Made by a program: the position numbers and the translations under genes. From the human T2T-CHM13v2.0 reference genome, Homo sapiens, in NCBI RefSeq assembly GCF_009914755.1, contig NC_060935.1: 64,000 nt of DNA, one strand, 5' to 3'. Within the stretch, counting starts at the first letter, position 1. Every line of letters begins with the position of its first letter. The notes beneath the pieces were generated by a model, which made no database searches, was not told the DNA's origin, and was given only the letters and a program-made list of their open reading frames with translations. This document shows positions 11,801 through 25,243 of this stretch, in pieces.

Positions 11801-12439
11801 ATGAAGCAACAGGCACCTAAACAGGGTGCCATATGGTTCAAAACACAGGAAATAAGAGTTATATTGGGGGCACAAACAGATTTTTTACTAGTAAAAATTA
11901 TGAATTAGGTTTAAAAAGAAACTAAATATCTCTCTAGTTTATTTTTTAGGCCAGTTTATTAATTAAAAGTACTTATTTCATCCCTGTATGGATGGCAGAT
12001 TGCTACTCAGGCAGGCTGTACCAGGATGGTGCCTCAGCTGCTGAAATACTGAAATAGTTCATTTGGGTTGGTGAATAGATCCTGCCAAAATTCCCTGAAT
12101 GGCCTTTGCTGTTCTGTTACCTTAAACCCACCTATCTCCAACATTTTCTTGATTCAACTATTCTCCTAAACTGTGTTAGTAAGGACAGGGGTTTCCATCG
12201 CCATGCAGTGCGGTGTTCAGAGCCTGGTCTGGGTGGTTAATACCAGTATCTTACCACTTATTAAATAAGTCGAAAATATCCTTCTCAAAAAGTCGGTCTC
12301 CTCAATGCTTCCTTTTGATTCCAAGTTCCCAGAAGACTGGTTGTACTTAATATTCACTCCCCATAGAGTTCCCAGTGTTTTCCTGGCTTGACAATCAGAT
12401 AGTGAAACTAACATCCCTCTTTGGCATTTTAAAATTGCT

Positions 12440-13165
12440 TCAGATTCTCTACACTCTCCCTAGGTGATCTCATTTAAATGGCATCTTTATGTTAATGACT
12501 CTCAAATTTATATCTTCAGCCCAAACATCTCTGAGTTCTAGACTCACACATCCATCTGTCTACTTGACATCTCCACTTGGACACCTTTCAGAAAGCTCAA
12601 ACTTAACATTCTCCAAATTGAGCTCCCTTTTTATGTGATGCTATATATCTGTCCCCATCGATTGTCCCTATGTCAGTAAATGAACCGCCATTGACTCAAG
12701 AGCTCATGCTAAATGCCCAAGAGTCATCCCTGAAGCTTTTCTTTCACTTACCACCTATATTTAATTGTCAGCAAGTCCTGTCAATTCTACCTGCAAAATA
12801 TGTCTTGTAATCAAACTTTCCTCTTCATCTCCACTACTGCCATCTTAGTTCAAGACACAAATGTATTTCTATCCAGCAACTAACCAGTCTTTCAACTTCT
12901 ACTCTTGATCTGGCTCAATTAATATTCCATACAGCAGCAATTGTGATAGTGTCACTCCTTTGCTCGATCCTTTTAATCTTCCTCCATTGCAATAAAATCC
13001 AAACTTCATTCCCTAGACCCTAAGCCCTGCACCTGTGTCCCATGCTTGCCTCTCCCCACTAACTCGGTGCCATTTATCATTTTATTCATGCTAAACCACG
13101 TGGGTCCTCTCCATCCCTCCAACATACCCACTTCAGAGTCTTGACTTTATCCTCTCTCTGCTTGG
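12440..13165 (+). mobile_element. L2 LINE (5' part of an element split by later insertions)
   Basis: 'ctccctaggtgatctcat...gactctcaaatttatatcttcagccc...tacttgacatctccacttgga...ctcaaacttaacat'. Confidence 0.85.
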
Positions 13166-13167
13166 GC

Positions 13168-13326
13168 CAGTGCTTCTCAATTATAATGTGCATATGAATA
13201 ACTGGGAATCTTATTAATATGAAAAATACCATTCCACAGATTTAGGGTATGGGCCAAAATTTGCATTCCTAATAAGCTCTCAAGTGATGCTAACACTGTT
13301 GGTCCATGGACTATAGTTTGAGTAGC
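13168..13326. mobile_element. MER5-family hAT-Charlie MITE
   Basis: 'cagtgcttctcaa...aatttgcattcctaataagctctcaagtgatgct...ggtccatggactatagtttgagtagc'. Confidence 0.85.
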
Positions 13327-13380
13327 GTGGCTTCCGTTACTGCCATCCCAGATTTATTGCTTGGCTACTTCCTCCTCATT

Positions 13381-15620
13381 TTAAAAAATCAGCTTGATTG
13401 AGATATAATTCACACAACTTGCAATTCACAAGCTTAAATTGTGAAATGTATTGGTGTTTAGTATATTGACAGAGTTGTGCACCTATAACCACAGTTAATT
13501 CTAAAACATTTTCAAGACCCCACGAGGAAATTATGTGCCCATTAACAAGCACTCTTGACATTGTCCCGTACACTCAGCACTGGGCAACCGTTAATCTGCT
13601 AATGTTCCCACAGATTTGCCTATTTTGGACATTGAATATCAATGGACTCATATACCATGTGGTCTTATGTGACTTATTTCTTCCACTTAGCATCGTTTTT
13701 CAAAGTTCATGTGTGTTGTAGCATGCAGGTTTCATACCCCATTTCTTTTTATGGTCAAATAATATCCCATTGTGTAGATCTGCTACATTTTGTTTATCCA
13801 TTCATCATTTAATAGACATGTGGATTGTTTTTACTTTTTACCTGTTATAAATAATGCTGCTTTGAACATGCTTGTACAAGTTTTAGTGTAGACATATATT
13901 TTTATATCTCTTTAGTATTTGACTAGGAGTGGGTCATATGATAACTGTGTTTAAAATTTATAGGAACCACCAAACTGTTTTTCAAAATGTGGACACACCA
14001 TTTGACAGCCACATCAGCAGTGTGTGAGGGTTCCAATTCTTCGAATCCTCCTCAATCCTTGTTATGATCTGTCTTTTTTTACTATAACCTTCCTCGTGGG
14101 TGTGAAGTGGTATCTCACTGTGGTTTTGATTTGCATTTCCCTAATGAGTAATGATGCATATTTTCGTGTGGTTATTGGCCATTTGTATGTATTTGTATAA
14201 CTTTGGAGGTAGGACTATTCAGATCCTGTGACCATTTTTTAAATTGAGTATTTGCCTTATTATTGAGTTGTAAGAGTTCTTCATATATGTGGGATACTAG
14301 TCCTTTATTAACTATATTGTTTGCAAATATTTTCTTCCACTCTGTAGCTTCTTTCACTTCCTCAATAGTGTCTTTTGAATCATAAAAGTTTTAATTTTGA
14401 TGAGATTCAATTAATCTAGGTTTTCTTTTGTCACTAGTGCTTTTGTTGTCATATCTAAGAAGCTATTTCATAGCACAAGGTTGCAAAGATTTACCCATAT
14501 ATATTCTTCTAAAAGGTTTTTTTTTTTTTTTTAAATTTAGCTATTATGTCAAGGTCCATGGTAAAATTTAAGGTCTTTTTTTCTTTCCTTTTTTTGGGGG
14601 GAGGGGGTGGGGGAGTAAGAATCCCACTTCTTTCCTTTGTATGTGGATCTCCAGTTGTCCTAGCATCAGTTTTTAACAAACTATTCTTTCTCCCATTGAA
14701 TTTTCTTGGCACACTTGTCAAAAATCAATTGATCATATATTATATATGTGAGGGTTTTTTTTTCTGGACTCTATTCTATTTCATTGGTCTATATGTCTGC
14801 CTTTATGTCAAAACCCACACTGTTTTGATTACTGTAGGCTACTAATACGTTTTGAAATCAGGAAATGTGAGGCCTCCAACTTTGTTCTTATTTTTCAAAA
14901 CTATTGTGTCTATTGTGGGTTTCTTGATTTCCTTATTAATTTTAGGATCATCTTGTCAATTTCTGCAAAAAAAAAAGCCACATTGAGATTTAGATAAGGA
15001 TCATGGTGAATCAATCAATACATTTAGAAGTTCAACATCTACTCTTCCAATCTATGTTCACAGAATGACTTTTCATTTACTTGGGTCTTTTAAACTTTCT
15101 TTCAGTAATGTTTTATAGTTTTCAGAGTGGAAGTTTTGCAATTATTTTGTTAAAATTATCCCTGAGTACTTTACTCTTTTTGATGTTGTTGTAAATGAAA
15201 TGATTTTCTTGATTTCACTTTTGGATTGTTAATTGCTAGTGTAGAAAAGTGTGATTTATTTTTGTATATTTATTGTGTACCCCGCACATTTACTGAATGT
15301 ATTTCTTAGTTCTAATACTTTCTTAGTGGTTTCCTTGGAATCTTCTCTGTATGGGATTATGTCATCTGCAGACAGTGATAGCTTTAATTCTTCCTCTCCA
15401 ATCTGGATGCATTTTATTTATCTTTTTTGCCTAACTGCCAGTGCTATGCTGAATGCAAGTGGCAAGAGTGAACATCCTAGTACAGTTCCTAATCTTACAG
15501 GGAACGTTTTACTCTCTCCCCAGTAAGTATGATGTTAACCCTGGGTGGTTTGTATGTGCCCTTTATCAGGGTGAGGACGTTTCTTTCTATTCCTAGCTTG
15601 TTGAGTGTTTGTATCATTTA
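13381..15620 (-). mobile_element. L1MB-type LINE-1: 3' UTR plus degenerate ORF2 3' end
   Basis: 3' UTR 'agcttgattgagatataattcac...'. ORF 14172-14357 (EWKKIFAN...KGLVSHIYEELLQLN) resembles the L1 ORF2 C-terminus. Many stops and frameshifts. Confidence 0.92.
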
Positions 15621-15659
15621 AAGTTTGAAAAAAATAAATAAAGGTGCCCTATTCAATTT

Positions 15660-16320
15660 GAAGTCAGCTTCAACAGTTCCTTGGTAGACAGCCCTATTTC
15701 TAACTGCCTGGAAGCCTCTTCTTGGACTATCTCACCTGAGGCAGCTTCACCACCCCACTCTATTAATCATTGTTTCAATTCTGTGCTTTCTCTTTTATGT
15801 TACTTATTTAAAATTGTAAATATTCTTTCACTATTCTTTTCTTTTTTCTTTCTCTGCCTCTCTGCTCCCAAGGACAGTGAGGGACCAAGTTTGTCCAGTT
15901 CACTGCTGTGTTTTTTGTTTGTTTGTTTGTTTTTGAGATAGGGTCTGTCTCTGTCATTCAGGCTGGAGTGCAGTGGTGCCATCGCAGTTCACTGTAGCCT
16001 CAACCTCCCTGGCTAAAGTGATTTGCCTACCTCAGCCACCCTGGCTCAAGTGATTTACCCACCTTCAGGCACACACCACCATGCTGGTGTATTTAAAAAA
16101 ATTTGTTTTGTAGAGATAGGCTCTCAGCATGTTGTGCAAACTGGTCCCGAACTCTTGGCCTCAAGCGATCCTCCTGTCTAGGCCTCCCAAAGTGCTGGGA
16201 TTACAGGTGTGAGCCACCACACCTGGCTGACGGCTGTATTTTCTGCATCTACCACTGTTCCTGGAATATAACAGTTGATCAGTCAATGAATATTTGTTAA
16301 ATAACTGAATAAATAAGTGC
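15660..16320 (+). mobile_element. L2 3' end (continuation; interrupted by AluJ)
   Basis: 'gtgagggacc...gttcactgctgt[Alu]...ttcctggaatataacag...caatgaatatttgttaaataactgaat'. Confidence 0.7.
15911..16228 (-). mobile_element. AluJ SINE with an internal ~30-bp duplication
   Basis: J-type Alu text; duplicated segment at 16007-16035 and 16039-16068; degenerate TSD GCTGT(G/A)TTTT. Confidence 0.9.
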
Positions 16321-17752
16321 ATTATTGATGTCCTAGGTAGATAGATGCTGAGTGATTCCTCATTAAATAGATGCAGAAGAGACTGATGGCCAGTGACTGG
16401 ACAGCGATGACAGTAATGGGTTTGGAAAATAGTAGAAAAACTTTTACGATGGAGGATTTCAGTGGCCAAGACAAAACAAAATAACACATGGGAACTTGGG
16501 AACTAACTGCAAAAAGTGTTCTGTCAAGGGGGTGGGCACACTCACACCCCACCTGACATCAGGATATGTTGTGTTCAATAGTCTGAGTTGTTAGCAAGTA
16601 CATTTTGTTTCTTTGTAGGGCAACAAAGAGCAATAATAGCTATTAAACTCTCCCTGGCAGTCTAAAATCCTAGGCAATGGGCCAGTGTGCTTTAGTGAGT
16701 TTTCCTACCCCAGCACAAAAAAAAGAGGCCGTGGTTTAAGAGACCACATGTGGCTGGCTAAATAGACCTCTAAATGTATCTTTATCATCAGTTTCATCTC
16801 ATTTCTTTTACCACCCTGGAGTTAAGTCTGTCCATTTCTCAGCCTCCTCCTCCTGAGCCCCCATCGTGATCATCTGAATTAAAATCTGTTATCGGTTTCT
16901 GGGTAATCCCCTTTGATGCCCTGAGTACCGCAGGATCTGTGTTGCTCAAACCTAGCATGCAAGTGCTGATAGCTTTTGAGCAGCTAAAATGGCTTTGTGT
17001 ATCTCACACAAATGTCTGCATCACTTGCGACCAGCCAGGAGCTGGCAAAAAAGACACAATTTATGGCTGGAGATTTTATGAAATGGTGAGCAAAATTGCC
17101 TTTGAGGGTGACTCAGGAGGCCTGAAGCTGCTGGCCTTCTTGCCATTCTTTGTTCACTCCCTTAGAGAGAAGAGGAATGGGGCCCCCATGCCTCTCTGCT
17201 GTTTTGCGGTTATAGTCCTCCCTGTGCTGTGTTTTGTTTGTTTGTTTTTATAATAAATCTTGCTTCAGTAGGTTATCCTTGGGTCACATCCGTGGCCAAA
17301 GTAGAAATTAAAATTTTGCATGAACAAGTAATAACTTCACCTGGGCCAATTAATCCCAATCATGACATGACCCATAATTGCAACTTTGTCATTTTTCCAT
17401 TTCTTTCTTCCCTCAATGATGGCCTCTCTCTCCTGGGGTAGGGGAGTATGTATGAAAGAGCTTGGGGTCAGGGTTAGCAGAGCCTGCCTGTAATGAACAC
17501 TAGTTGCAAAATGCTAGACCAGCTGTGTGAACCCTCCAACACTCATGCTTTTGTCTATAAAACAAGGTCTCTAATTTTCATGTAGCATTTATTAAAAGAG
17601 AATGAAATTGATGATTGTTGTACGTATTTACCATCACTCTCCATGCTAGATTGTAAACTGGACTGTAGACTCCAGGAAGGCAGGTGATGATTCTATTTTG
17701 TTTTCTGTATTGCCAAACCTTGTACGCACGGTTTGATCGGTAGACATTTTTG

Positions 17753-18186
17753 GTTTTTTGTGTTTTTTTTTTGTTTTATAATTATTATTATTATACTTTA
17801 AGTTCTAGGGTACATGTGCACAACGTGCAGGTTTGTTACATATGCATACGTGTGCCATGTTGGTGTGCTGCACCCATTAACTCGTCATTTACATTAGGTA
17901 TATCTCCTAATGCTATCCCTCCCCCAACCCCACAACAGTCCCCAGTGTGTGATGTTCCCCTTCCTGTGTCCATGTGTTCTCATTGTTCAATTCCCACCTA
18001 TGAGTGAGAACATGCAGTGTGTGGTTTTTTATCCTTGCGATAGTTTGCTGAGAATGATGGTTTCCAGCTTCATCCATGTCCCTGCAAAGGACATGAACTC
18101 ATCCTTTTTTATGGCTGCATAGTATTCCATGGCGTATATGTGCCACATTTTCTTAATCCAGTCTACCATCGTTGGACATTTGGGTT
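17753..18186 (-). mobile_element. 5'-truncated L1PA (PA4-like) 3' end with 9-bp TSD, inserted in an L2 tail
   Basis: 'ttatactttaagttctagggtacatgtgcacaacgtgcagg...tttacattaggtatatctcctaatgc'. TSD ACATTTTTG at 17744-17752 and 18187-18195. Confidence 0.95.
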
Positions 18187-20639
18187 ACATTTTTGAATGA
18201 GTGCATGAGATGACTTGATAGGAAAGAACTCAGTGCTCAGGCTGTCATAGAATAGGTGTTCAGGAAATCATCCTTCCTTTACCAGTTTGAATGTTTCTCA
18301 GATGCTTCATATCAACTGACAGTTTAGAAAAACCTCAATTAAGAAAGAAAGTTCTTTTTTTTGGAGCTTTGTCCATGTGAGGATGTCCCATCATTTCTTA
18401 TGGTGACAGGCCCTGACAGCCTCATGCCTCCTGACCCCAGAGGCTGTGCCTTAATCAGATGTGCATGAAGCCACGGCCCTCGATTCTAGGCCTTGCTCCT
18501 GGGAACATGTCCATTCCCGCCTTTCTTTTCAGCCTATCAATTATTCCTCGCTCTTTTTGTCTTTCTCTCTCTCCCTTTTTTACATCCCCTCTCTCTCTTT
18601 CCCGTTTTCCCTGTCTCTATTGCTCTCTCTCTTTAAATGTGCCCTGTTTGTAGAGCTTTCTCTGATATTTTCTGGCCCAGTTGGTTCATTTATTAAAGAT
18701 AAGATATCTTCAGGGACGCTGGATTCAATGGTGTCCTACAGTGAGTTGACGATGGAGTCATGATGAAATATCAAACTTGGAAGCTCGACCCTATAGGCTT
18801 TCCTGTGTTTATGCTACTGACAGTAGATGCAAATAGTAGTTAAAATAATAATGTAAAATGTTTTCTTAAACACCAGGGGAGCTCATTTATGGAAATAGGC
18901 CTATTCGCATGCCCAACAGTTAAAAATAACAAAACTGGGGGTGCATGGGTCAGGATGTGGACAGGAAACATCCACCACAGTTTTCTCTGAACCTCGGGAG
19001 GCTGAGCTGGGCGAAGGCGTGGGCCCTGCACGGCTCTCTGCTTCTGTGCTCTGGATGGGAGAGATCTGACTGCCAGGGTTCCTTTCCCTGAGGCACGCAG
19101 GCACTACCTTCCTGACAGGTTTTTCTCAGCCACACTGAGAGCTTAGGCCTGGGTTGCTTGAGATGGTGTGCTGTTTGCATTGTTACGCCTGGCTTAATGA
19201 TAAAGCTTAGAAGTGTGGTCAAAGTCCTATTATTAAAGTCATTTAAACCCAGACAGGACTGAGTCTGAGAGAATGCACTGCAGGGAAGCACCTTGCCCAC
19301 ACTCAGTAGTGGAAGCTGTGACCTAAGCCTTCTCCATCTCTTATTTCAATTTCCCCATGTCTGCTTTCATGCTGTGTGGTTTCCTGACTGTGACTCAGTC
19401 TGGGTTTCCATCGCAGGCTTGGACTTAATCCCGAGAAGATCGAAGACGTCTTGATGGGGCAAGGCATTGGAAAAGCAGACTGTGGTTTGCATTTGAGCTG
19501 GATTTATCTCTGGTGCTTTTTGTATGAGTAACAATGCCAAGCCCTGGGTCTGACCCTTAATAGATTCTTATTTGCAGAATGTGTAAATAACTACTCTCCT
19601 TTATTCACTCCTCTTGAAGAGCCAAACATGCTTCTGTCTTCAACCCTTCTACCCAGTCCCTAGTTCACTTAATATAAATGCTAATTAGGATGTGGGTTTA
19701 AGGTCACTCTTCCCTCTCAGGGAGAAGGGACCAAACACAGGCTTTCCATCTGCAGAGGTTGGCAGAGCTCAGGTTGCCTGTTTTTCTTTTGCTTCTACCC
19801 CTTCATCTAGTAAAGAAGGTGGGTATCCCTGCTCTTTGTAACAGGAGAAACACATTTCTTTGTTTGAGTCATTTGCACAGTTCTGGCAAAATCACCCTAG
19901 CAGCATCTTGTGGAAAACAAAAATGCAAAGGCACAGATGACTCCAGCTTCCCACAGTGGGTAGCCCTAAATAGGACACTTGCCAATGGCACCAAAACAAT
20001 CGTTAAACTGTCCAACAACGAGTTGGGTAAACTGAGAGAAAATAAACCTAGTTCAAGCAAAGAAACAAAACTAGGGACTCCAGCAAGGGCGGAGTAAATG
20101 GAGTGCCTCCTCCACAGGGCAGGATGCTGCAAGCCCCTCATGGGTCCAGAATCAAAGGCTTTGGATTAAACCATGGCAGGAAACCCAGCTCTTTCCACCC
20201 AAAACAACTGCTGAACCAGAAGAGGAAGAAAGAAACCCATTAAAAACTTTGTTCCTGGGGCTTTTATTGGGGCTTTTGGCCCACGGAATTCATTAGTAAA
20301 TAAGTGCAGAATTCTTCTCCTATGTAGAATAGTGGGCTCAACCCAGCTGGGCAGGCGAGATCCACAGTTTCATTTAGAAGAAGACTGTTGTTCAGAAAGC
20401 TCTGCACCAGGAGCAAGGAGAGCTTGGTTTTAACACAAGCTTACACAATGGGGCCAAGGAGCAGAGTAGATGATAACCTGACTTAGGGTTTAAGTGAGGA
20501 AGCATTCAGGAGAAGCTCCAGCCCCTGAGAAGTGTTCTAGGAGGCTGTGGAGCACCCGCAGATCGATAGCATCTGGGCAGGCAGGGGGTAAGACCACACT
20601 GGGAATGGAGGAGGGCGTGAGTAGTAGCATGAGATGAGG

Positions 20640-21290
20640 ATGCTTGAGTTGGTGGGAGTGAAACATATGTGGGGATATGCTATGAAATGAACGCTGAGGA
20701 TCCTAAATGCTGGACCAAGGAGTTTAGACTTGATCCTGACATCAGTGGAGAAATGCTGAAAGGATTTTAGAGCAGAAGAGTGAAATGAAAGTGGCATTTA
20801 AGAAAAATTGATCTGGTGAAAGCGTGCAGAATCGATTGGATTGGAGGCATTAGAGGTGGCCAGACAAAGAGATGCTGATGTAAATAATGGGATGGGAGCT
20901 GAGGGGAACCTGGACTGAGGTGTTTATAAGAATGGGAAAGAGGCGTGGAGGAGGGAAGCAGTTCAACATCCATCTCTGAGTGTAGGAAGAGGCATCGGGG
21001 ACCAAGGAAGCTGAAGTGACGCTTTGGGTTTTTAGCCTTTGCACCTGAGGAGGGAAAAGGTGGAAATATGGTCAAAAAAATGTGAGTCAGGAAGAGGAGC
21101 TGGCTTTAGGAGGATGATGAATGTGGCTTTTCTTAAACTTGTTAAGTATGAGGTAATAGCAGGATATCCTAGGATAGGAAGGTAGAGAAACTCAATTAGA
21201 ACTTGAGCTTCAAATAACACCTTGGATCTGTGCAGAACTAATTCCTGGCTCCTGCATGTATGATAGCATTTTATAATCACACGCTACACG
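20640..21290 (-). mobile_element. L2 LINE fragment
   Basis: 'aaggagtttagacttgatcctga...ggagaaatgctgaaaggattttagagcag...catttaagaaaaattgatctgg'. Confidence 0.75.
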
Positions 21291-21777
21291 CTGCATATGA
21301 ACATGAATGTGGTAATTACAGGATAAATCCTCCGGCTCTCTGCCTCTCCGGCTCCTCTGTGTGGAATCAGATTGCTCTGGGACTGAGAGAACAATAGATC
21401 AAAGGGGAATCCACTTACATAAAGAAGGAGGAAAAGCACAAGGAAGAAAGACAAAAGATTTTTAATTCAAAAGGAGCTGAGGACCTAAACACACATCACT
21501 CCTATTGCTAATAGCAAGGAACTGCAGCTAGAAGCAGAACGGAACTAATGAGAAAGTAGAGGCATTAGGAAGGAAGACCTCGTGCTGGAACTGGGCTGCA
21601 ATTCGGTGGTGGAACAGAAGTTGCCAGGGCTAATGTAATGTGTGAAACATGTCAACCAAGGTGGGAAAGACCAGACTTTCCCCACACAGAGCTATGGTGA
21701 TTTACTTACATATCTGTGTTCGTGAACACATGTTTCTGAAGATGGTCAGAAGTAGATTCTGAAGATTAATTGCTAAC

Positions 21778-22259
21778 TGTGGCAGCCATCCTTCAAGGAT
21801 GACTTCAGGGACCCTCACCTCCTGGTACACACACCCTTGGATAGCTCCTTTCCACAGTCTGTGAATAATAGAAAATGGCAGAGGTGATGGCATGTGACTT
21901 CAGAGACCAGGTCATAGACAGTATTATCACATTTGCCACCACATCCTAAGGGGAAAGCCAGCCACCACATCCTAAGGACATTTGAGCAGCTCCTTAGAGA
22001 AGCCCTCAGTCATCACCAGCACTGATTTGCCAGCCATGTACATGGGCCACCTTGGAAGTGGATCCACCCACAGCAGTCAAACCCCTGCCTGCAACCCCAG
22101 TCTACCTCTGACTTCAACCTCATAAGAGACCCCGAAGCAGAACTGCTCAGCCAGGCTGCTGCTGAATGCCTGCCCCACAGAAACTGTGAGCAGTAGCAAA
22201 GTGTCATGGTAGCTTAGGCTATGGCCTGCTTTGTTATACAGCAACAGATAACTAATACG
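21778..22259 (+). mobile_element. MLT1F-like MaLR solo LTR
   Basis: Starts 'tgtggcagcc'; contains 'ggggaaagccagc' and 'ccaccttggaagtggatcc'; ends 'ttgttatacagcaacagataactaatac'. Confidence 0.85.
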
Positions 22260-25014
22260 CTAGTTCCACAAAATGTACTAGAACTGTGGAGAGTGCTCCT
22301 CGCAATTTTTATTGTGAAGAATATTTGGGCTGCTGTGATGCGTCACCAATCTATTGAAATGTATGAATAAAATGTTTTCAGCCAAAGTCTATCCAAAAGG
22401 GTGCAAAGCCTCATGGAGGGAAGCAAAGCTCAGAAAAAGAAATGGATGCATATTAGATGTCAAACATGTGCTTATTGAGTTAAATTGAATTGAAATTGCA
22501 GACAGTTACAGATGAAGCACTTTACATTGTTACCTCACATGTTTATCGAATGCTGAACTACTGACGACAGCGTGCTAGTGGAAGGCTTCTGTGGTTAAAC
22601 TTAGCACAGTGGAACACCAGTTGGCCCAGCCACACCAGTTGGCAGATGTGCTGCAGGGCCCCACTAAGAGCAGCCTCTCTGGCTGAGTCTCTGGGCACTG
22701 AACAGCAGGAAGCCTGTCCCCAAATCCCTACCCGGGTCCCTCTGTGGCCTGGTTGTCATCGCTCCCTCTGCCTCTGCTGCAGGAGCTGGCAGTTTTGTAA
22801 TAGTCACAGTGCAGCCTCCCCTCATGTAAAGCAGGTGGAATTATCCATAGCTGCTACCATTTGAGGCAGAAGCTTAGTTCCCTGGGGCCAGGCACATTTG
22901 AGGACACTCATGTGTGCTGCACTTCCGTGTGCCTCCCTGGTCTGTCCTCCTCATTCAAGCTTCTCTTCCTCCATTCCCACTTCCCTTACAGAACTTTTTC
23001 CTTTTCCATCTAGCACACTTCTTGCAGGAAAGCATGGGCAGGGAGCTTTTCCCTGGTGGCTGGCCATCAACCCTCAGGTCTGGGCACTCTCCTCGCCCTG
23101 GAAGCTCATAGGCCACTCCGACAAGCAGACCCTGATGCCCTCCCCACCCATCCCACTGACCAGGGACACCCGCCTGACTTCGTAGTTTGCCCAAGCCTGG
23201 GCCCCCGCCCAAGTTCTCTGAAATCGTATTTTACAGTTATTCCAAAGCCCCCATGGTCCTCGGTGAGGAGCACATTTTTCTTCCAGCTGGTGCAATGAGG
23301 AGGTTTCAGCCCCCATCCTCAGGTGGCTCCTGGGGACAAGCTGTCCCCTCCTTTCTGATATTGATTCCCAAATGCCAGACAGAGGAGGGAATCTATGATA
23401 AGACGGGCGCTTCTTTCAAACCTAGTAAATATTATAAATCTACTATGACTCAAGTTCAACCGTCTCATTTTAAAATGTGACTAATTCCAGCTTCTGCTGG
23501 TGTGCCTTGCTGAAGAGCCAGGCGCGATGCTGAGAACAGGGCGTGTGTGGTCACCTTTCATCCTTACCCACTACTGAGAGGTGGAACCAGCTCTCCCGGT
23601 TCACAGGAGACGTGGAGACTCCGAGAAGTTAAGTCACTAGCCCAAAGCCACACAGCCCGTAAGATCTGAGACCTTTTTATGCCCCACTCTCCTAAAGCTG
23701 GCGGGAGCCTGGGAACACCATGTACCTGCCTTGCTTTGGTGGCTGAGGAAACAGAGGAACCCTGGTCTCTGGTTCCTCACTCCCGGCTTCCTCCTACTCC
23801 CGGCTGCCTCCCTTTGTCTGTGAAATTCTCTTTCTACACGCAGACATGCACCATGTTTTTCCCTCCCTGCTCTGCAGAAAACCTCAAATAGTGGTGTCAT
23901 AGAAGGACTTATGAGTAGCCTCTCAATACCTGGGTGCACCATGGGGCGGAGATGCCCAGGACTTGCAAGGTTCACTGAGACCTGGGGCGATGGGCTACCG
24001 ACAGCCTTGAACTAGAAGCACAGACTTTAAGGAGCTGCCTCCCTCAGCGGGAGCTCCCTTCTCATGATGCAGAAAACAGGCCTCTAAAGAGGGACCGTGA
24101 GCGCAGTGGACAGGGCTCTACTTCTAGGATCATCCCTGTGTGACCTGAGGAGGGAAGTGGTTCCCGTAAATGCCCCATGCCCAGAAGGGCCGTGCAGAGT
24201 TCGGAAGGAATCCTGCCCCATGCTCCATGGAGACCCACCCTGGCTGCAGCTCTGTTTTTAGCAATTACAGCTCTACGAAGGAAAATAAACACTTTCCCCA
24301 AAATGGGTCTGTTCTTTTTGTTTTAAGCTCTTATTCTTCCCAAAGGGGACAAAAGTGCTGATGATCTGCAAAGCTGTGAGGGGACTAGACAGGAGGGCAG
24401 TGACCCAGAGAAAGCCCATGGGGCAGGGGTGCAGGATTATTCCTTAAGGCCAGAGCTAGTCTGCAGCTCTTCTGTGCCATTTGGCCCAGTTTTCTGGGGC
24501 CAGCTCTGGGTGACTTTTTCTCTGCCATCGTCACTGCTTTGTCAGTTCTTGTTCAAAGGTCCCCTGAGTTGTACAACTGCCATTGTCTGTCTCAGACAGT
24601 TCTTACACTCTCAGGTCTCAGAGCACATAAAACTGTTGCAGCTGCATATTGTCCATCAAGACTATGAAATTGGAAAACATGCTTGGATTTAGAATGTGTT
24701 CAGTTGAAAGTGAGACACTGGAGATGCCTCCCTCACGTGACCAGCAGCACCGGCCCTGCCCGCCTGGCTTTGATTCCAGCTGTTTCTCTCACATTCTCTG
24801 GCTGGCTCGCCAAGCTCATGCCCCCTCCATTCTGCCCTCGCCTCCTCCCACCCTTGACCTTTGTGGTGTGGTAGAAGCAGATGGTCTTGCAGCCAGACAG
24901 AGGTTTTTCCCCTTGAAGTTGCTCTCCATCCCAAAAAGCTGGTGAGCAGATACATTTCTAGACAAAGCAATAGTCTATCTTAATCAAGGCAGCACACACA
25001 ATGACGAAACACTT

Positions 25015-25227
25015 GGACTGAGAAATTGGGCTCTGAGAGACCTGGGTGCTAGTTCTGTCTCTTTTGAACATAACACAGTCTGGGACTACAGTCCAGTTAC
25101 TGGGTCTCTCAGCCTCAGATTCCTCTGTGGCAATATAGAGATGTCACAGTATCTGCATCATGGGGTTGGCAGGCGAAGTGAAGGGGCCTTCAAAGTTTAG
25201 CACTGTGCGTGGCTCATAGCAAGTTCT
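25015..25227 (+). mobile_element. MIR SINE (split by an Alu near its 3' end)
   Basis: 'agacctgggtgctagtt...ctctcagcctcagattcctc...tttagcactgtgcgtggctcatagcaagttct'. Confidence 0.7.
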
Positions 25228-25243
25228 CTCTCTCTCTCTCTCA

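Noticed and set aside
14172-14357. ORF resembling LINE-1 ORF2p (also 57993-58223)
   Set aside because: Degenerate, truncated L1 remnants already counted as mobile elements; not functional CDS.
19418-19530. Peptide LGLNPEKIEDVLMGQG after an AG, superficially thiolase-like
   Set aside because: Only ~14 residues of loose resemblance, a stop soon follows, and there is no good donor or any other thiolase segment nearby; probably chance. TBLASTN would settle it.
21935-21977. 17-bp direct repeat GCCACCACATCCTAAGG inside the MLT1F LTR
   Set aside because: A small local duplication or deletion scar in a dead LTR, with no functional implication.
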